Shown here one piece after another: positions 37,085 to 50,280 of a stretch of DNA of 64,000 bases (positions are counted from its first letter, which is position 1; every line of letters begins with the position of its first letter). The stretch is from Okamejei kenojei. Its lineage: Eukaryota. The stretch lies in the NCBI GenBank assembly GCA_035221665.1, contig CM069135.1, forward strand, positions 39,122,001 through 39,186,000, read 5' to 3'. The position numbers were made by a program, and so were the translations under genes. A model generated the notes under the pieces. That model ran no database searches. It saw only the letters and a program-made list of their open reading frames with translations, and had not been told where the DNA came from.

Positions 37085-37330
37085 AAAAGACACAAAATGC
37101 TGGAGTAACTCAGCGGGTCAGCCAGCATGTCTGGAGAAGATGGATAGGCACATTTTTGGTCAGGAACCTTCTCAGACTGAAGAAGGGTCCCGGTCCAAAA
37201 TGTCAGTCTGAAGAAGAGTCCCAACCCGAAACATCTCTATCCATTTTCTCTGAGATGCTGCCTGACCCGCTGAGTTACTGCAGCATTTTGTGACTGTCTT
37301 TGGTATAAACAAGCAGCTCCAGCTCATTTT
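37085..37330. mobile_element. PLE-derived inverted repeat with two tandem hammerhead-like units
   Basis: cacaaaatgctggagtaactcagcgggtcag is answered by ctgacccgctgagttactgcagcattttgtg; the centre has ctgaagaag...aaaatgtc and ctgaagaag...cccgaaacatc. Confidence 0.8.
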
Positions 37331-38809
37331 TTATTACTCAAGGAAGACGGATTGTTCATCAGTGTACAGGTTAATGATGAATGTGTCACTTTATACCACT
37401 GCATTTGATACCCTCCACCTCGTTCCTGAGCTTGAAATTAGGTTGATAAAGTTGCAACTGGCCACTTTACATTTGTTCTCCTCTGATCCAGACAGATGGC
37501 AAATATATAATTTTCCACATTTTCAATAATTTGCCGTGCCACAGCAATGTTGGACCCACTGGGCTGGAGGTGCAACAAATCCTGGAGCATGTAATCCTTG
37601 AGTCCCACAATCTTTGAGTTCTCAGTACTTTTTGGGGTATCATCTGAATCAAATTCTGGGAAACGATGCTGCGAATTTGAGGAAGCGGACTGAGAAACCC
37701 AAATTTCAGCCATTAGAATTGTCCTTGGAATTCATTTGTGTGTAATCCTGTATTCATCCTAGTTGCATTATTTTAAAAAAAATCACATTTGAGTGTCAAC
37801 AGTAACAGCATGCTAGAGAGGGAATCTTCAACTTTTCTCACAAGGTACAGATTGTGATTTGATTTCCAACAGTTTAAAGTTGGATAGAATAACCCAAGCT
37901 TTGCTCTGGCTCCATGTTTATGTCACTAACCTTGGCTATCTTTGTGTAACATTCATTAATTGATTGAGTTTTAATAATTTAAACACATCAATATGAACTG
38001 ATTCATATGCAGAGTCAGCAGATTGATTGCAGATACCAGAAGAACAATTCACCATAAAGCAACATCATTTTTTTTCTTGTACAAGTTCATGAAAAGGGTG
38101 CAGAAGTTGTTCACAAAATTAATTTCCAGTAACCCAACTAAATTCAAAGTATATACTTTTTAGAAAACTACTTATTCTGAGGCAAAATAAACCAGATTTA
38201 TAAGATTACCTATATGTACCAATTATATATTTTTACTAAGTTGCTTGGGTAGCACTGGGAACGATACATAAACATTTATGCAAGAGCAGATCCTGGTTAG
38301 ATGTTATCCCTTTTCTTCACAGAGAATAGCAGACCTTTGCAAATGGTTGCTGGATTTTTCGGTGAATATTGATTTGCTGTATTCTCTCAAGTGAGATACT
38401 GTGTGTTGCTGGCCGGGACAGAGATCATCTTATATCAAAGGGATCCATCTGTTTCAAAATCAGAACCAATGCAATCTCCTGGACTGACTCCAAATACTTA
38501 AAAGGATTAACGTGGAAAAATCTATTCGTTTTTTTGCACCTAATGGGACTTTTTCTTAAATAAAAACTCTCTTTTTATCCAAAATGTGAAAATACACCAG
38601 GTGGGGGAGAGTCTATGGCTTTTGATCAAACCTTTATAAGATAGGTTGACTGAATCTTTATCTCACTCTCATCCTCAGCTTCCTTGGGTTAGTTTGCCAA
38701 TTTAACATTAATACATACTGGAAACCATTTTGAGTCATAGAGCTGCAAACAGGCCCTTCAGTCCAACTGGTCCATGCTGACCAAGTTGACTAACTAAGCT
38801 AGTCCCACT

Positions 38810-41800
38810 AGAGGTGTATAAAATCACGGGAGGAATAGATTGGGTGAATGCACAGAGTTTTATTTTGCCTAGGATTGGGGAATCAAGAACTAGAAGTCCT
38901 CCAAAATGAACATAGGGCGTTAGGCAAAATGGTAAAAGGCAGGACCTCCAGGATGGTACTCCTGGTGTCTTGTACTAGTGAGGGAAGGGTCAGGAATATA
39001 GGACAGATTAATTGGGCAGAGGCGACTTGTACAAGAGGGATGGTTTGCACCTGAACTGGAGGGGGAATCAATATCCTTGCAGACAGATTTGTTAGTGCTA
39101 CACGGATGGGTTTAAACTAGATTGGATAAACTAGATTAGAAACCTGCCCAAGAGAGGTACAGGACTGGCTGTTAAATGTTCCAGGGTACAGGTACTATAG
39201 GAGTGATAGAGGTGGGGGTAAAAAAGGAGGGGATGTTGCTAATTGATTAAGGAGAATGTTACCACAGCAGTTTGAGACAACATTATAAACTGGGGCTGTC
39301 ATGGTGCCAAGGGCTCAGACGGGGTGGAATTTGTCAAATGTGTTCAGGAAAGTTTCCTCGGGCAATAGGCCAATGGCCCTACAAGGGAGAGGGCAAAGCT
39401 TGATCTACTCTTAGGAAATTGGGATAGGCAAGTGACTGAAGTGTCTATGAGCATACCTTTGGGGACCTGAAACCACTGTATCACTAGCTTTAAAATAGTT
39501 ATGGATAAAGATAGGGTAGAGACACAAGTTAACATTCTGAACTCGGGCAAGGCCAGCTTTGATGGTATTTGACATCAGCTTGCTAAAGTTGATTGGAGTA
39601 GGTTGTTTGTGGGCAAAGGAACGTCCAGAAAGTTTGATGACAAAAGTTCAGGGCATGCATGTTCCTGTTAGAGTGAAGGGCAAGGCAGGTGGAAATAAGG
39701 AAGCTTAGATGAAGAGAGAAATTAAGGCTCCAGTCAGGATAAAGGAGGAGGCATGGTACAGGTATAGGTAGCTGGAATCAAGTGAATCACAGGAGGAGTT
39801 TTGGAAACCCAGGAGCATAATTAAGAAGGAAGTCAGGAGGGCAAAAACAGGGGCAGAACATACTGTAGCTCTTGGTAGATAATATTAAGGCAAATACAAA
39901 TAGATTTTTAATGTACATTAAGGGAAAGAGGGTAATTAGAGCATAAATGGGGCCGCTCAGAAACCAAAGCTGTCATTTCTGTGTGGAGCTGCAGGAGATG
40001 GACCTCAATTAATATTTCTCCTCTGTTTTTATCATGGAGAAATACACGAAGACTGGAGAACTTGGGACAATTAATGGAGATGCTGTGAGGATAGTCCGTC
40101 GAAGAGCTGGTGGACGTCCTAAGGCATATGAAAGTAAATAAACCTCCTGGGCCTGATCAGATATATCCAAAGACACTGTGGGAAGCTGGAAAAGAAATTA
40201 CAGGAGCCCGTGCTGAATTATATTAGACACTAGACACGGGTAAGATGCAGGAAAACTGGAGGGTGGCTAATGTTGTACCTCTATTTAAGAAGGGCTGCAA
40301 GAAAAAGCCTGCGAACTATAGACCAGTGAGCCTAACATCTGTCGGAAGCAAGTTACTGGAAAGGATTCTGAGGGAGACGATATATGCATTTTTTTTTTTG
40401 TTTGTTTATTTTTGTTAGAAGTAAGTACAGTAGTCTGGTACTTAAGTACCTAATACATAAATACATATTCTCATTCTTGTACAACTTCATACTTTTAGTT
40501 CAATAATAAAAGAACAGTGAGAGAAAAAAGAAATAAAGAGTGTCGGAATAGATAGACAAGCGAGTAGAAACAGAAAACAAAAACAAAAAAAAATAAAGGA
40601 CAGAGGTGAGAAGTTAAAAGATTGAAAGAGAAGGAAAAAGTAAAAAGAAAAGAGAGATTAGGAGAGATCTACCTATCTCATATTTTTGCCCATCCGTCAC
40701 CCAGTTCTAAACATTTAATTTCTAAGGTTATGTTATGTTGCACCATATGCTTGTATAAAGTTGATAAACGGAGACCAAATCTTTAAGAATTGGTCTACTT
40801 TGCCTAGTAAAAGGAATCTCATTTCTTCAAGATGTAGCGTTTCAGACATGTTTGAGATCCACATTTTGAATGTTGGCGTAGGTGCGTTTTTCCAAAATTT
40901 AAGTATAAGTTTTTTCGCTGTTATTAGACCATAATTAAGAAAAGCTTCTTGGAATATAGTTAGTTTACTTCCCTCTTCCATTTATCCAAAGATAATCAAT
41001 TCAGTATTGGGGTTCAATTTTGTGTTAAATAGTTTTGTAAAAATTCCAAAAATTTCATTCCAAAATGTATACAGTTTTGTACAAGAGACAAAGGAATGTG
41101 CTATAGTGCCATTTTGAGTTAGACATTTGTCGCAGATGGGGGAAACAATTGAAAATATTTTATTCAGTCTCGTTTTCGAATAATATAATCTATGTAAAAT
41201 TTTAAATTGAATAAGGTTATGTCTTACATTCATTGAACATTTGTTTACATATAATAAATTTTTATCCCATCTATCGTTCGGAATTTTTATCAATAACTCT
41301 TGTTCCCAGTCTCTTCTAATTGCTTCTGTCGTTGGTGTTTCTATATTTAGAATTATATTATATGTAAGATATTAAATTGCTTGATTCTGCCTTTCTATTC
41401 ATTCCTTCCTCCAATAAATCTGGGGTTAAAGTTTGATATCCTTGTATATACTTTTTCAAATAATCTTGAATTTGAAGGTATTTGAAATATTGATTACTTT
41501 TCAAATTATATTTTAGTTGTAATTGTTGGAATGATAAAAGTTTTCCCATTTCATACATATCTCCCATCATTTTAATTCCTATTCTTTCCCAATGGGTAAA
41601 CGTTTTATCAATAATGGATGGTTTGAATGAGGGATTATTAGCTATTGGAGAAAGAAGCAATAATTTTCTTAATTTTAAAGTTAATTTTATTTGTTTCCAA
41701 ATTCGTATTATACTATGAATAATTGGATTCTTCTTGTATATTACATTGTTCAGTTTTATCGGATATAGCTCCTATATTATAAGGGGAACAATCCTCTTTC

Positions 41801-44800
41801 TCCATTCTTATCCAATCTACCTGTTGGGCAGAACTGTCCAACCAGTAGATTATATTTTTAATATTCACTGCCCAAAATATTTAAATTTTTCTGTTGTAAT
41901 TCTAAAAGGGAATTTCAACAAACGTGTCGACTCATGATTGACACATGAGGTTTTATCGTCATGATTTCGCTTTTGTTCCAATTTATTCTATATCCTGAAA
42001 AAGAACCAAATTCTTCTATTAAATTTAGTATATTTGGTATGCTAGTTTGCGAATTTGTAATATATAATAATATGTCGTCTGCATATAATGAAATTTTATT
42101 ATTTGAGTGTTTGGTAATATACCCATGAATGTTCGGATGGCTTCTTATACTTTCAGCTAAAGGCTCTATCACTAGTGCAAAAAGCAGGGGCGATAATGCG
42201 CACCCCTGCCTATTGCCCCTTGCTAAATAGAATTTCGGGGATAATATATTATTAGTCAGTATTCTAGCCGTCGGCTTATCATATAGTAGTTTTACCCATG
42301 AAATAAAATTATCTCCCATATTAAAGTTTTCCAATACTTTGAATAAATATTGCCAATCTACTTGATTTCTGCATCCAATGAAATAATTGCTAGTTCTTCT
42401 TCAGTATTATGTGAGTACATTATATTAGACAACCGTCTCAAATTGTTAAATGAGTATCTCTTTGGTATGAACCCTGTTTGGTCCGGATTTATTAGTTTAC
42501 TAACATATTTACTCAATCTTCTCGCTAGGGTCTTCGTTAATATTTTTGGTCTGTATTTAGGAGTGCAATAGCTCTATATGAGCCTGGGTCTTCTAGATCT
42601 TTATCCTTTTTTGGTATAAGTGTAATAGTTCAGTTAGTGTTTCTGGTAGTTTATTTTCTTTAAAAATGTATATATATAAATCTTGCAACCGTGGAGAAAT
42701 TATTTCGTAGAATCTTTTATAGAATTCATTACTAAAGCCATCTGGTCCTGGGGTTTTGCCATTCTTCAACGAACTAATTGTTTCTTCTATTTCCTGTAGT
42801 GTAATCTGAGCTCTTAATGCCTCTTGTTCCACCATATTTAATTTTGGAAGATTACAGTTATCTAAGAAATTTGCAATTTGAGTATTATTTGCAGAAGTTT
42901 TCGATGTATATAAATTTTGATAAAATTGAGCAAATCTTTTATTAATATCTTTAGGTAGTGTTAGTAATTCCCCTTTGTCTGATTTAAGTTTAGTAATTGT
43001 ATTTTCTGCGTCCCTTTTTTCAGTTGGCGTGCTAGGAGTTTATGAGGTTTATCACCAAATTCAAAAGTTTCTTGTTTTGTAATTTGAAATAATCTCATTA
43101 TTCTGGCCGATAAAATTTTATTTAATTTATATTTTAGTATTATTATCTTATTATGTTTATCTATAGTTGGTTCTTTGGCATTTTCTAAATCTAATTGTCT
43201 AATTTCTTGTTCTAACTGCAATTGTTCAGTATTATTATTTTTATTTTGGAAAGCTTGGTATGAGATTATAATTCCTCTAATAAATGCCTTAAAAGTTTCC
43301 CATAATAAGGAGGGTGAAATATCTGGTGTATCATTTGTCTCAAAGAAGAATCTCATCTGCTCTTTTAAATATGTGCAACCTTGTGAGTTATTTAAAATTT
43401 GGGGGTTAAACCTCCAAAACGAATTTTTATCGGGCATTCCTTCTAATTTTAAAGAAAAAATTAACGGTGAATGATCAGAAATGACACTATTATGATATTT
43501 AGAATTATATGTATATGGAATTAGTTTTGTGTCCACTAAGAAATAATCAATACGTGAATATGTTTTATGTACTGTTGAATAAAATGAATATTCCCTACTT
43601 ACTGGGTTAGCGATTCTCCATACATCTGTTATATTAGTATTTTTCATGTATGTATTTAGGAGTTCACTCGTTTTAGATTTTATGTTAGTCCTTTTTTGTT
43701 TTGCTGATTTATCCAAATATGGATCTAAAACACAATTCAAATCTCCCCCTATTATCTCATTTTGATGATTAAGTTCTGAAATTATATCCAAAATTTTACT
43801 AAAATATTGGGGGTTGTCAAAATTAGGAGCATAAATATTTATCAAAGTAAGTGGAGTAGAATAAATGTCTCCCGTAACTATGACGTACCTCCCCTCTTTA
43901 TCTGCTATAGTATTCTTTAATTTAAATGGTATACCTTTACGAATGATAATAGCCGTGCCTCTAGATTTAGAAGTAAATGAAGAGTAGTATGTTTGCCCAA
44001 TCCAATTTGCCTTCAGTCTTATCTGTGTTTGATATTTCAGATGTGTCTCTTGTAAGAAAATAATGTCACTTTTTAAGGCTTTTAATTGGGCAAAGATCTT
44101 ACCCCTTTTAATTGGTTCATTAGCGCCCCTTATATTCCAACTACAGAACGTGATTCCTCCAGTTTTCTTTTGTTTATCATCTTGCATTATGAATCATGTT
44201 AATACCTTTACTTCATATGGTGCAACCAAGAACCTTATAACTCAAGATGAAGGATGATCATCCCCAGTTGTTAAGTTTTGTTGGCATCTCCCCTTCAGAA
44301 TAAACCTTAAGAAAGACCAGAAAGTGTAGAGTCGTGAAAAGATAATTAACAAACAAAAAGTGATATTATAATATCCAAAAATAAAGATATTATAATTAAA
44401 AACAAGCCACCAACAGGTGGTAGAAAAATTCTTATTGACTTCCGTAGATGTTCTTATATGTTTCGCTCTGCCCCCTTGACCAATTATTGTTAATTGGAAG
44501 AGAGAGCGATACAAAGTTCAAAATATTTTATATATTTGTTGAAATGAAACTTAAAATCCGACCTTGAATTAACATTCCAAAGATAAAATGCCTAGACAGT
44601 GCCTCGAGGATGGAATGCCATTTTAACAAGAGCAGTCTTTTTTATATGTTAAAAAAAAGAGACACAATCCTTTCTTTGTCGTTTCTCCTCGATGTTATCG
44701 TAGGAGACCAACTCCTAATGATCAGTAGTCCTCCTTTGTGATACTTTGTGCATATTTAAATGCCTCTTCTGGATCTGTGAATGCACGTTCAACATGGTTA

Positions 44801-45260
44801 TAAGAAATTCTCAATTTAGCGGGGTACACTATCCCATATCTTACTCCCGAGACCTCTTTCAGTAGCCTTCTCGTGTTTGTAAACTTATTCCTCTTTTCCA
44901 CGACTTCAGCTGGAAAATCACGGAAGAATCTTAGTTTGTCTTCTCCAAACATCAAATTCACACCATGTGGAATCTTTTTCATAATTCCTTCCAGGGTTGG
45001 AATGTCATGGAATTTCAGAATAATCTGTCTTGGGGGGGCAGTTAAGCTTGCTTGAGCCTTACGTCGGACCCGGTGAGCCATATCTATTCTCGGGGCTTCA
45101 GGCAGCTTAAGCACTTGTTTGAGTAAATTGGCAGCAAACTCCTGAAAGTTTTGTCCACTATGCATTTTGATAGACAGGGACTGATTAGGAATAATCAGCA
45201 TAGTTTTGTGTGTGGGAGATCATGTTTTATGAATCTGATTGAGATTTTTTGAATGATGTC
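38810..45260 (+). mobile_element. Old CR1 LINE (38810-40388 and 45159-45260) split by an L1 insertion
   Basis: Degenerate ORF1 (gatggtttgcacctgaac), EN and RT remnants (aactatagaccagtgagcctaac); resumes after the L1 with gatagacagggactgattagg...cagcatagtttt. Confidence 0.8.
40393..45158 (-). mobile_element. L1-clade LINE, 5'-truncated within ORF1, degraded
   Basis: ORF1 (MAHRV...RYGIVYPAKL) at 44722-45158; ORF2 EN (SWNIRG, LQETHL, GGDLN, YSRIDY, SDH) at 42961-44187; RT (RQGCALSP, YADD); CxxC near 41130; AATAAA and poly(A); TSD tatgcatttt. Confidence 0.95.
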
Positions 45261-46468
45261 AGTAATTTTCAGATAGAAAAGCAAAACAAAATGGGAGTTA
45301 TTGATTATATATCACTCCCAATTTTAACTTCCATTGTTTCATTGTTTATATTTTTTAAATCTAATTTTGAAGCTGGATGGCTGTGATCTGTTTATTCCAA
45401 TCAAAATACAAATTGGAGAAATGCACATAAAGAAGGCAACTACGTGGATGTCACATATTACTCTAAATCAATATTCAATAAGTATCCCACTGAGGGAGAG
45501 CAGCTCGGATTTTAACTGAATGTTATAATCTACTATTTATGAGATTGACCTCAGAAATATTGAAGCTGTTAAACCTGAAGAAAGCACTAAGATCTGCATA
45601 TCTTTCAATTCGTTCAAAGTATTTTCCTGAACCACAGGGGCATTATGATCTATTCAATAATGTCAATATAGACTCAAGTTTTGCAATAATTTTTATCTCG
45701 TATTATAGCGGCAGCTTTGATTAAACATTTTGTTGACACTCCCAAATCTTTTTTTAGCCCTTTTTATAGTTTTGTTTTGTGCTCTGTGATTATTTTGATA
45801 TATTTAGCAAAGACAAGTATTATTTTCTGTTTATTGTAATTTACCAAGCATATGTTCAGCTGATTCCTTTGAATAAACATTTGCTTTTCATAATATATTT
45901 CAGCATCCAAAATCAGTTTGCATCCTGTAGGCATGGAAAATTCCCTTTTGTTTATTCAATTAATTAATGTTGTGGAAAGGAACGTTGGTCATTGAAGCAC
46001 TCTTGTTTCATTCTGCATCAGAAAAATAAAAATCCATTCATATCATGTGAAGATGTCCCTGTCAAAATTGCAATTCACTGTAATTGCATGAGCATTAACC
46101 TTTCCTTTTGAAGAGGAAATGAAAATGCAAGATAGAACTAAAGGAGCAAATGATGAGTTGCCTCCTGCATGTGGCAGATTGTGTCTGGCAATGGTCAAAT
46201 AAAGATTTTTTTTTCAAGTTATATAATAAATGTGGTTGCTTATCTCTAAAGAACAAATGCAGCCTATAGTGTGAATCTTTTTGATTCAGGACAGTGGAAT
46301 CGATGCCACCCATGCCATTGAATCCAATGCAGGCAACACAGGAAACGTATGATCCCTGTGCATTTCAGCAATACTAACTACAATGTAAATTGCCTTTGCA
46401 GATCACCGCAGACACCAATTTTTGAATGGCTAGTTTGTGGCGTCAGCTGATAGACAGACCACCTACGT

Positions 46469-48440
46469 TCGAACCCTCACCAGTGGTTACGAGGGCTGTC
46501 ACGTGTCGTCATGGGTTAAGGGGAGTGTCCTGCTGCATAAGCATATCTCACATTGAGATCAACCCAGTCGACAGGTAGCTGAGCTTGAGACAACACCCTA
46601 GTTCAGCTACAGCAGCAATGACAATTATGTTAGTGGACCAAACTTGCATGTGACACCTGAATAAAGCAACTGTTTATTCACCACGTTTGGTGCTGCTACA
46701 TTGGTGACCCCGACGATCCAAGTTGGGATTTTGGATTTCTCCAGACACGCAGCCGCGGGAGACCTGATGTCTGCAGCCGGCAGCCTAGCCCAGCTCAACG
46801 ACGCTGCCGCCAACCCGGCCCTACCATAAGGTATGCTGAAAGCCGTTTGGGTCGATGTGCGAGGTCCGGGTCTTGTGTGACGGCTGCCAATCTCTCCCAC
46901 ATGACCCGCCCGGAGCCAACCACCGGGGCTGAGAGACCACGACTGCCACCGCTCCCCCACCAGCTGCTGCTCACCGGAGCTGAGAGGCCGCGGCTGCCGT
47001 CACTCCCGCACCAGCCATCGCTCCCCTGCCAGCCACCGCTCCCCCACCAGCTGCTGCAGGAGCTGTGAGTTTAGCAGCCCCCCCACCCCCAGCAACACTG
47101 TCGCCCGCCCACCAACCCTGGGAGCGGGAAAAGAGCGGACCCGACCATTACCCCACCGGCCGCAGCTCAAAGCCTAGCCACCCGATAGGGCGAGCCTACC
47201 TGGGGAGGCTGCCCGAAGACATCCTTCTGCTCCTCACCTTCGCGGACCCCGAAGATCCCTGGACGCTGGCTGCCTGTCCGGCCCAGCAGCGGGGTGGAGC
47301 TTCGGCCAGTCGTGAGTCGCCGGTCCCGTGACAGATTCCCCATCAGCTTCCAGCCTCCGCTGTGGGCGCAGCAGCGCTGCTGGTCTCCATCGACTCCGGT
47401 GACAGTGAGTGGAGACCCTACCTGCAGCAGTGGGGTGAGGCCTGTTGATGCAGGCCGCCACACACGCATCTTGAGTCGTCTTTAAAGGCCACCTCAGCCG
47501 GCAGCAAAAATGGCCGCCACAGCCTACTGCCACATGGCCGCCACCCCGACTGCAAAATGGCCGCCGCGGCCGACCGGCAGCGACACTCGACATTCTCGGA
47601 CCGACTTCAACAACGCCACCTTCCGGCCGGACGCCGTCACTGCAGTCCAACTGCCGTCCACAGCGCCACCTTCTGGCTGAATGCCGTCCCTGCAGCCTGA
47701 CCGCCGGCAACAGCGCCACTTCAGGTGGGATGCTGTCACTGCAACCTCCAGTTTTCCAGCACATCTTCCCATCCTGCACCATGGACACTGGGCAATTTGA
47801 ACTGTCCTACCACTTTGCACTTGTTTGCTCACTGCACTTTTTTACACTGTATCACCACGCCGGGTTTGTTTATTCTTTATTTATTTATTCTTACTTCTTT
47901 GTTTGCATCGTTGCCGACATTTCCCAGCCGTTGCTGGGAACCGTATTTCTCAGTACACGATCCCCTAGCTGGTCGAGGAGATGTGACTGTGTCTCGTCCA
48001 TCCAGCGGCTTTTGGCTCCTTGCCCCCCTCGGCATACAGCCGGGATGGCCCACAGCCGAAGCGTCGACTACGCCCGTGGGCCATACCATCCTGACGCACG
48101 GCCGGGGTGCCTCCGATCCACAGCAGGAGCCGCCCTCGATCATGCCTGCACAGCTTCTTGTAGAAGGTTAGCGCTTTCTATTCCTTCCTCCGGTTCTGGG
48201 GGGGGTCGAACCCTCGTCAGTGGTTATAGGGCTGTCATGTGACGTCATGGGTTAAGGGGAGTGTCTTGCTATATAAGCATATCTCAAGCATTGCGATCAA
48301 CCCAGTTGACCGGTCACTGAGCTCGAGACAACACCCTCGCTCAGCTACAGCAGCAATGACGATTATGTTAGTGGCCCAAACTTACATGTAACACCTGCAT
48401 AAAGCAACTGTTTATTCACCTTGTTTATTCACCATGTTCA
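46469..48440 (+). mobile_element. Internally deleted non-autonomous Gypsy LTR element
   Basis: LTRs 46469-46700 and 48206 to about 48435; PBS tggtgaccccgacg (46702-46715, complementary to the tRNA-Trp 3' end); G-run PPT at 48198-48205; gag relic LPEDILLLL..ADPEDP. Confidence 0.85.
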
Positions 48441-49689
48441 AATTTTCCTGCACTAATTAAAGTTCTTAAGACATAGGCTATTCACCCAATTGAGTCTACT
48501 TCGCCATTCAATCAATTCAATTCAAAGATCGATTTTTTCAGTCTCAACCCCATTTTCTTGCCTTCTCCCGTAACCTTGACATCCTTACTAATCAAGAACC
48601 TGTCAATCTCCGCTTTAAAAATATCCAATGCTTTTTTATCCTCATCTTGTTCCACCTGTCATCTATTAGTCCCTGTCTCCCCACCCCACCCCACCTCCCC
48701 CCAACACAGAATTTTTTGATATTGGCTGGCTTTCGTCTACGTTCTCAGTCTTGACCCAAAACATCAAACATCCGTCTGCCTGCACCGATGCTGCACAGTT
48801 TACTGAGTTCCTCCAACAATTAATTTTTGCCTCTGATTCCAGCAAGCCCCTGATTCTGAGGCATTCCTTCCTGCCTGCCCCTCAGGATTTGTCCTTCACA
48901 CAACTGTCTCATATTCTCTCATGTCCTTTCCATACATATAGCTATTTGGCACACCTCCGTGAATGCTAGGTCCAACGTGGCTTGAATATGCTCGTTGGCC
49001 ACCCCACAGTGCTCCACCTAAAAAAATCTGAACATTGCACCTTTCAGATCAAGTTTTTAATTTGACAACATGTTCCTCTGGTCCAAGGCTGCACTTACCA
49101 AAAGTGTAATGCACAAACATCTTTGAAGGTGCTCGATTAAAGTATCCTTCTAAAGTTCTTACAATATCCTCATAAGAAATCTTAAATTAAATGGTCGGTA
49201 GTACTAATAAGCTTTATTGTGCTTCAAATGTATCCAGCCCTACAACTGTTAATACTGTTTTGGATTTTAAAAATAGTAGTTTGTGTGAAATTGGCCTCTA
49301 ATTTTAATTTTACTGGGAGTAATGTTTTGAAAACAGAAAAGCATTTGCAGCAAACGTTCAGTGTAAAACAAATTGTCAATTTGTTATTCCCCATTCTGCA
49401 CCCCTGTTAAAACTTAATGTTACCTCTAGCAATTTCAAGTCTAGGTGATAGCATTCCATTAACTAATAAGTCAACATGAGCCAATGATTCTTTTTAATTT
49501 TCTCCTTTAGTGTTACAGCTTTTCCCATGATATTATTATTTACTCTTGGCCTCAGGCAAAATTTGAAAAAGTAATTCCATTGGGGTCAATTGAATTCACC
49601 ATGTTTATTTTGTAATTAAGCAATTCCAAGAATGAACATTGCATATGATTTAAAACAAGGTCCAATCAAGACTGAAACCAAGACATAAC

Positions 49690-50280
49690 AAACTTCAGAT
49701 GCTGGAACTTGGAACGACCTGCTAGAGGAACTCAGCGGATCAGGCAGCATCTGTGGAGGGAAACAGACCGTCGATGTTTCAGGTTGGTCCAGATGGAGGG
49801 TCCCGAACCGAAATTTTGACTAATTATTTCCCTCCACAGAGAAACTACAGAAAGAGAAAAACAATGTATATTTAATTTGATGAATCGGAAGATGTAACAG
49901 GTTGCTGGAGAGCACAGGACTGAGAAATGTGGAAAAGATAAATATGAATGTGGAAGGCAGGAGAGGTGATGGTGCAAGGCAAAGGGAAAATGTGAAAACA
50001 TGAATAGTGGATTGAAATCATTCAACTCAATTTCGAGTCAAAAGGGCTAAGCTTCATCAAGAGACAGAGATGAACCTCCATTACCTTTCAATGGAATGGT
50101 GTAGGAAACCCAGCAAGGGAGGGCATGCAGCAGAGATTTAAAGTAACAGGCATAGGGTCACAAAAATATTCTGTAAGCAGTTTTCCCAATCTGCATTTGG
50201 TCTTCCCATTGAAAAGAAGACTGCATTACAAACAGCAACTATACCAGGCTGGAAGAAGTACAAGCAAATCACTTGTTTTA
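49690..50280 (-). mobile_element. Degenerate PLE fragment
   Basis: cagatgctggaa...gaggaactcagcggatcaggcagcatctg motif of the PLE family. Confidence 0.55.

Noticed and set aside
36721-37713. Short ORFs in unique DNA (36721-37026 and 37438-37713) as host exons
   Set aside because: No recognisable protein similarity and no convincing paired splice sites.
46625-48242. Cluster of overlapping ORFs as a novel gene
   Set aside because: Expected from very GC-rich DNA inside the LTR element; only gag-like relics are recognisable.
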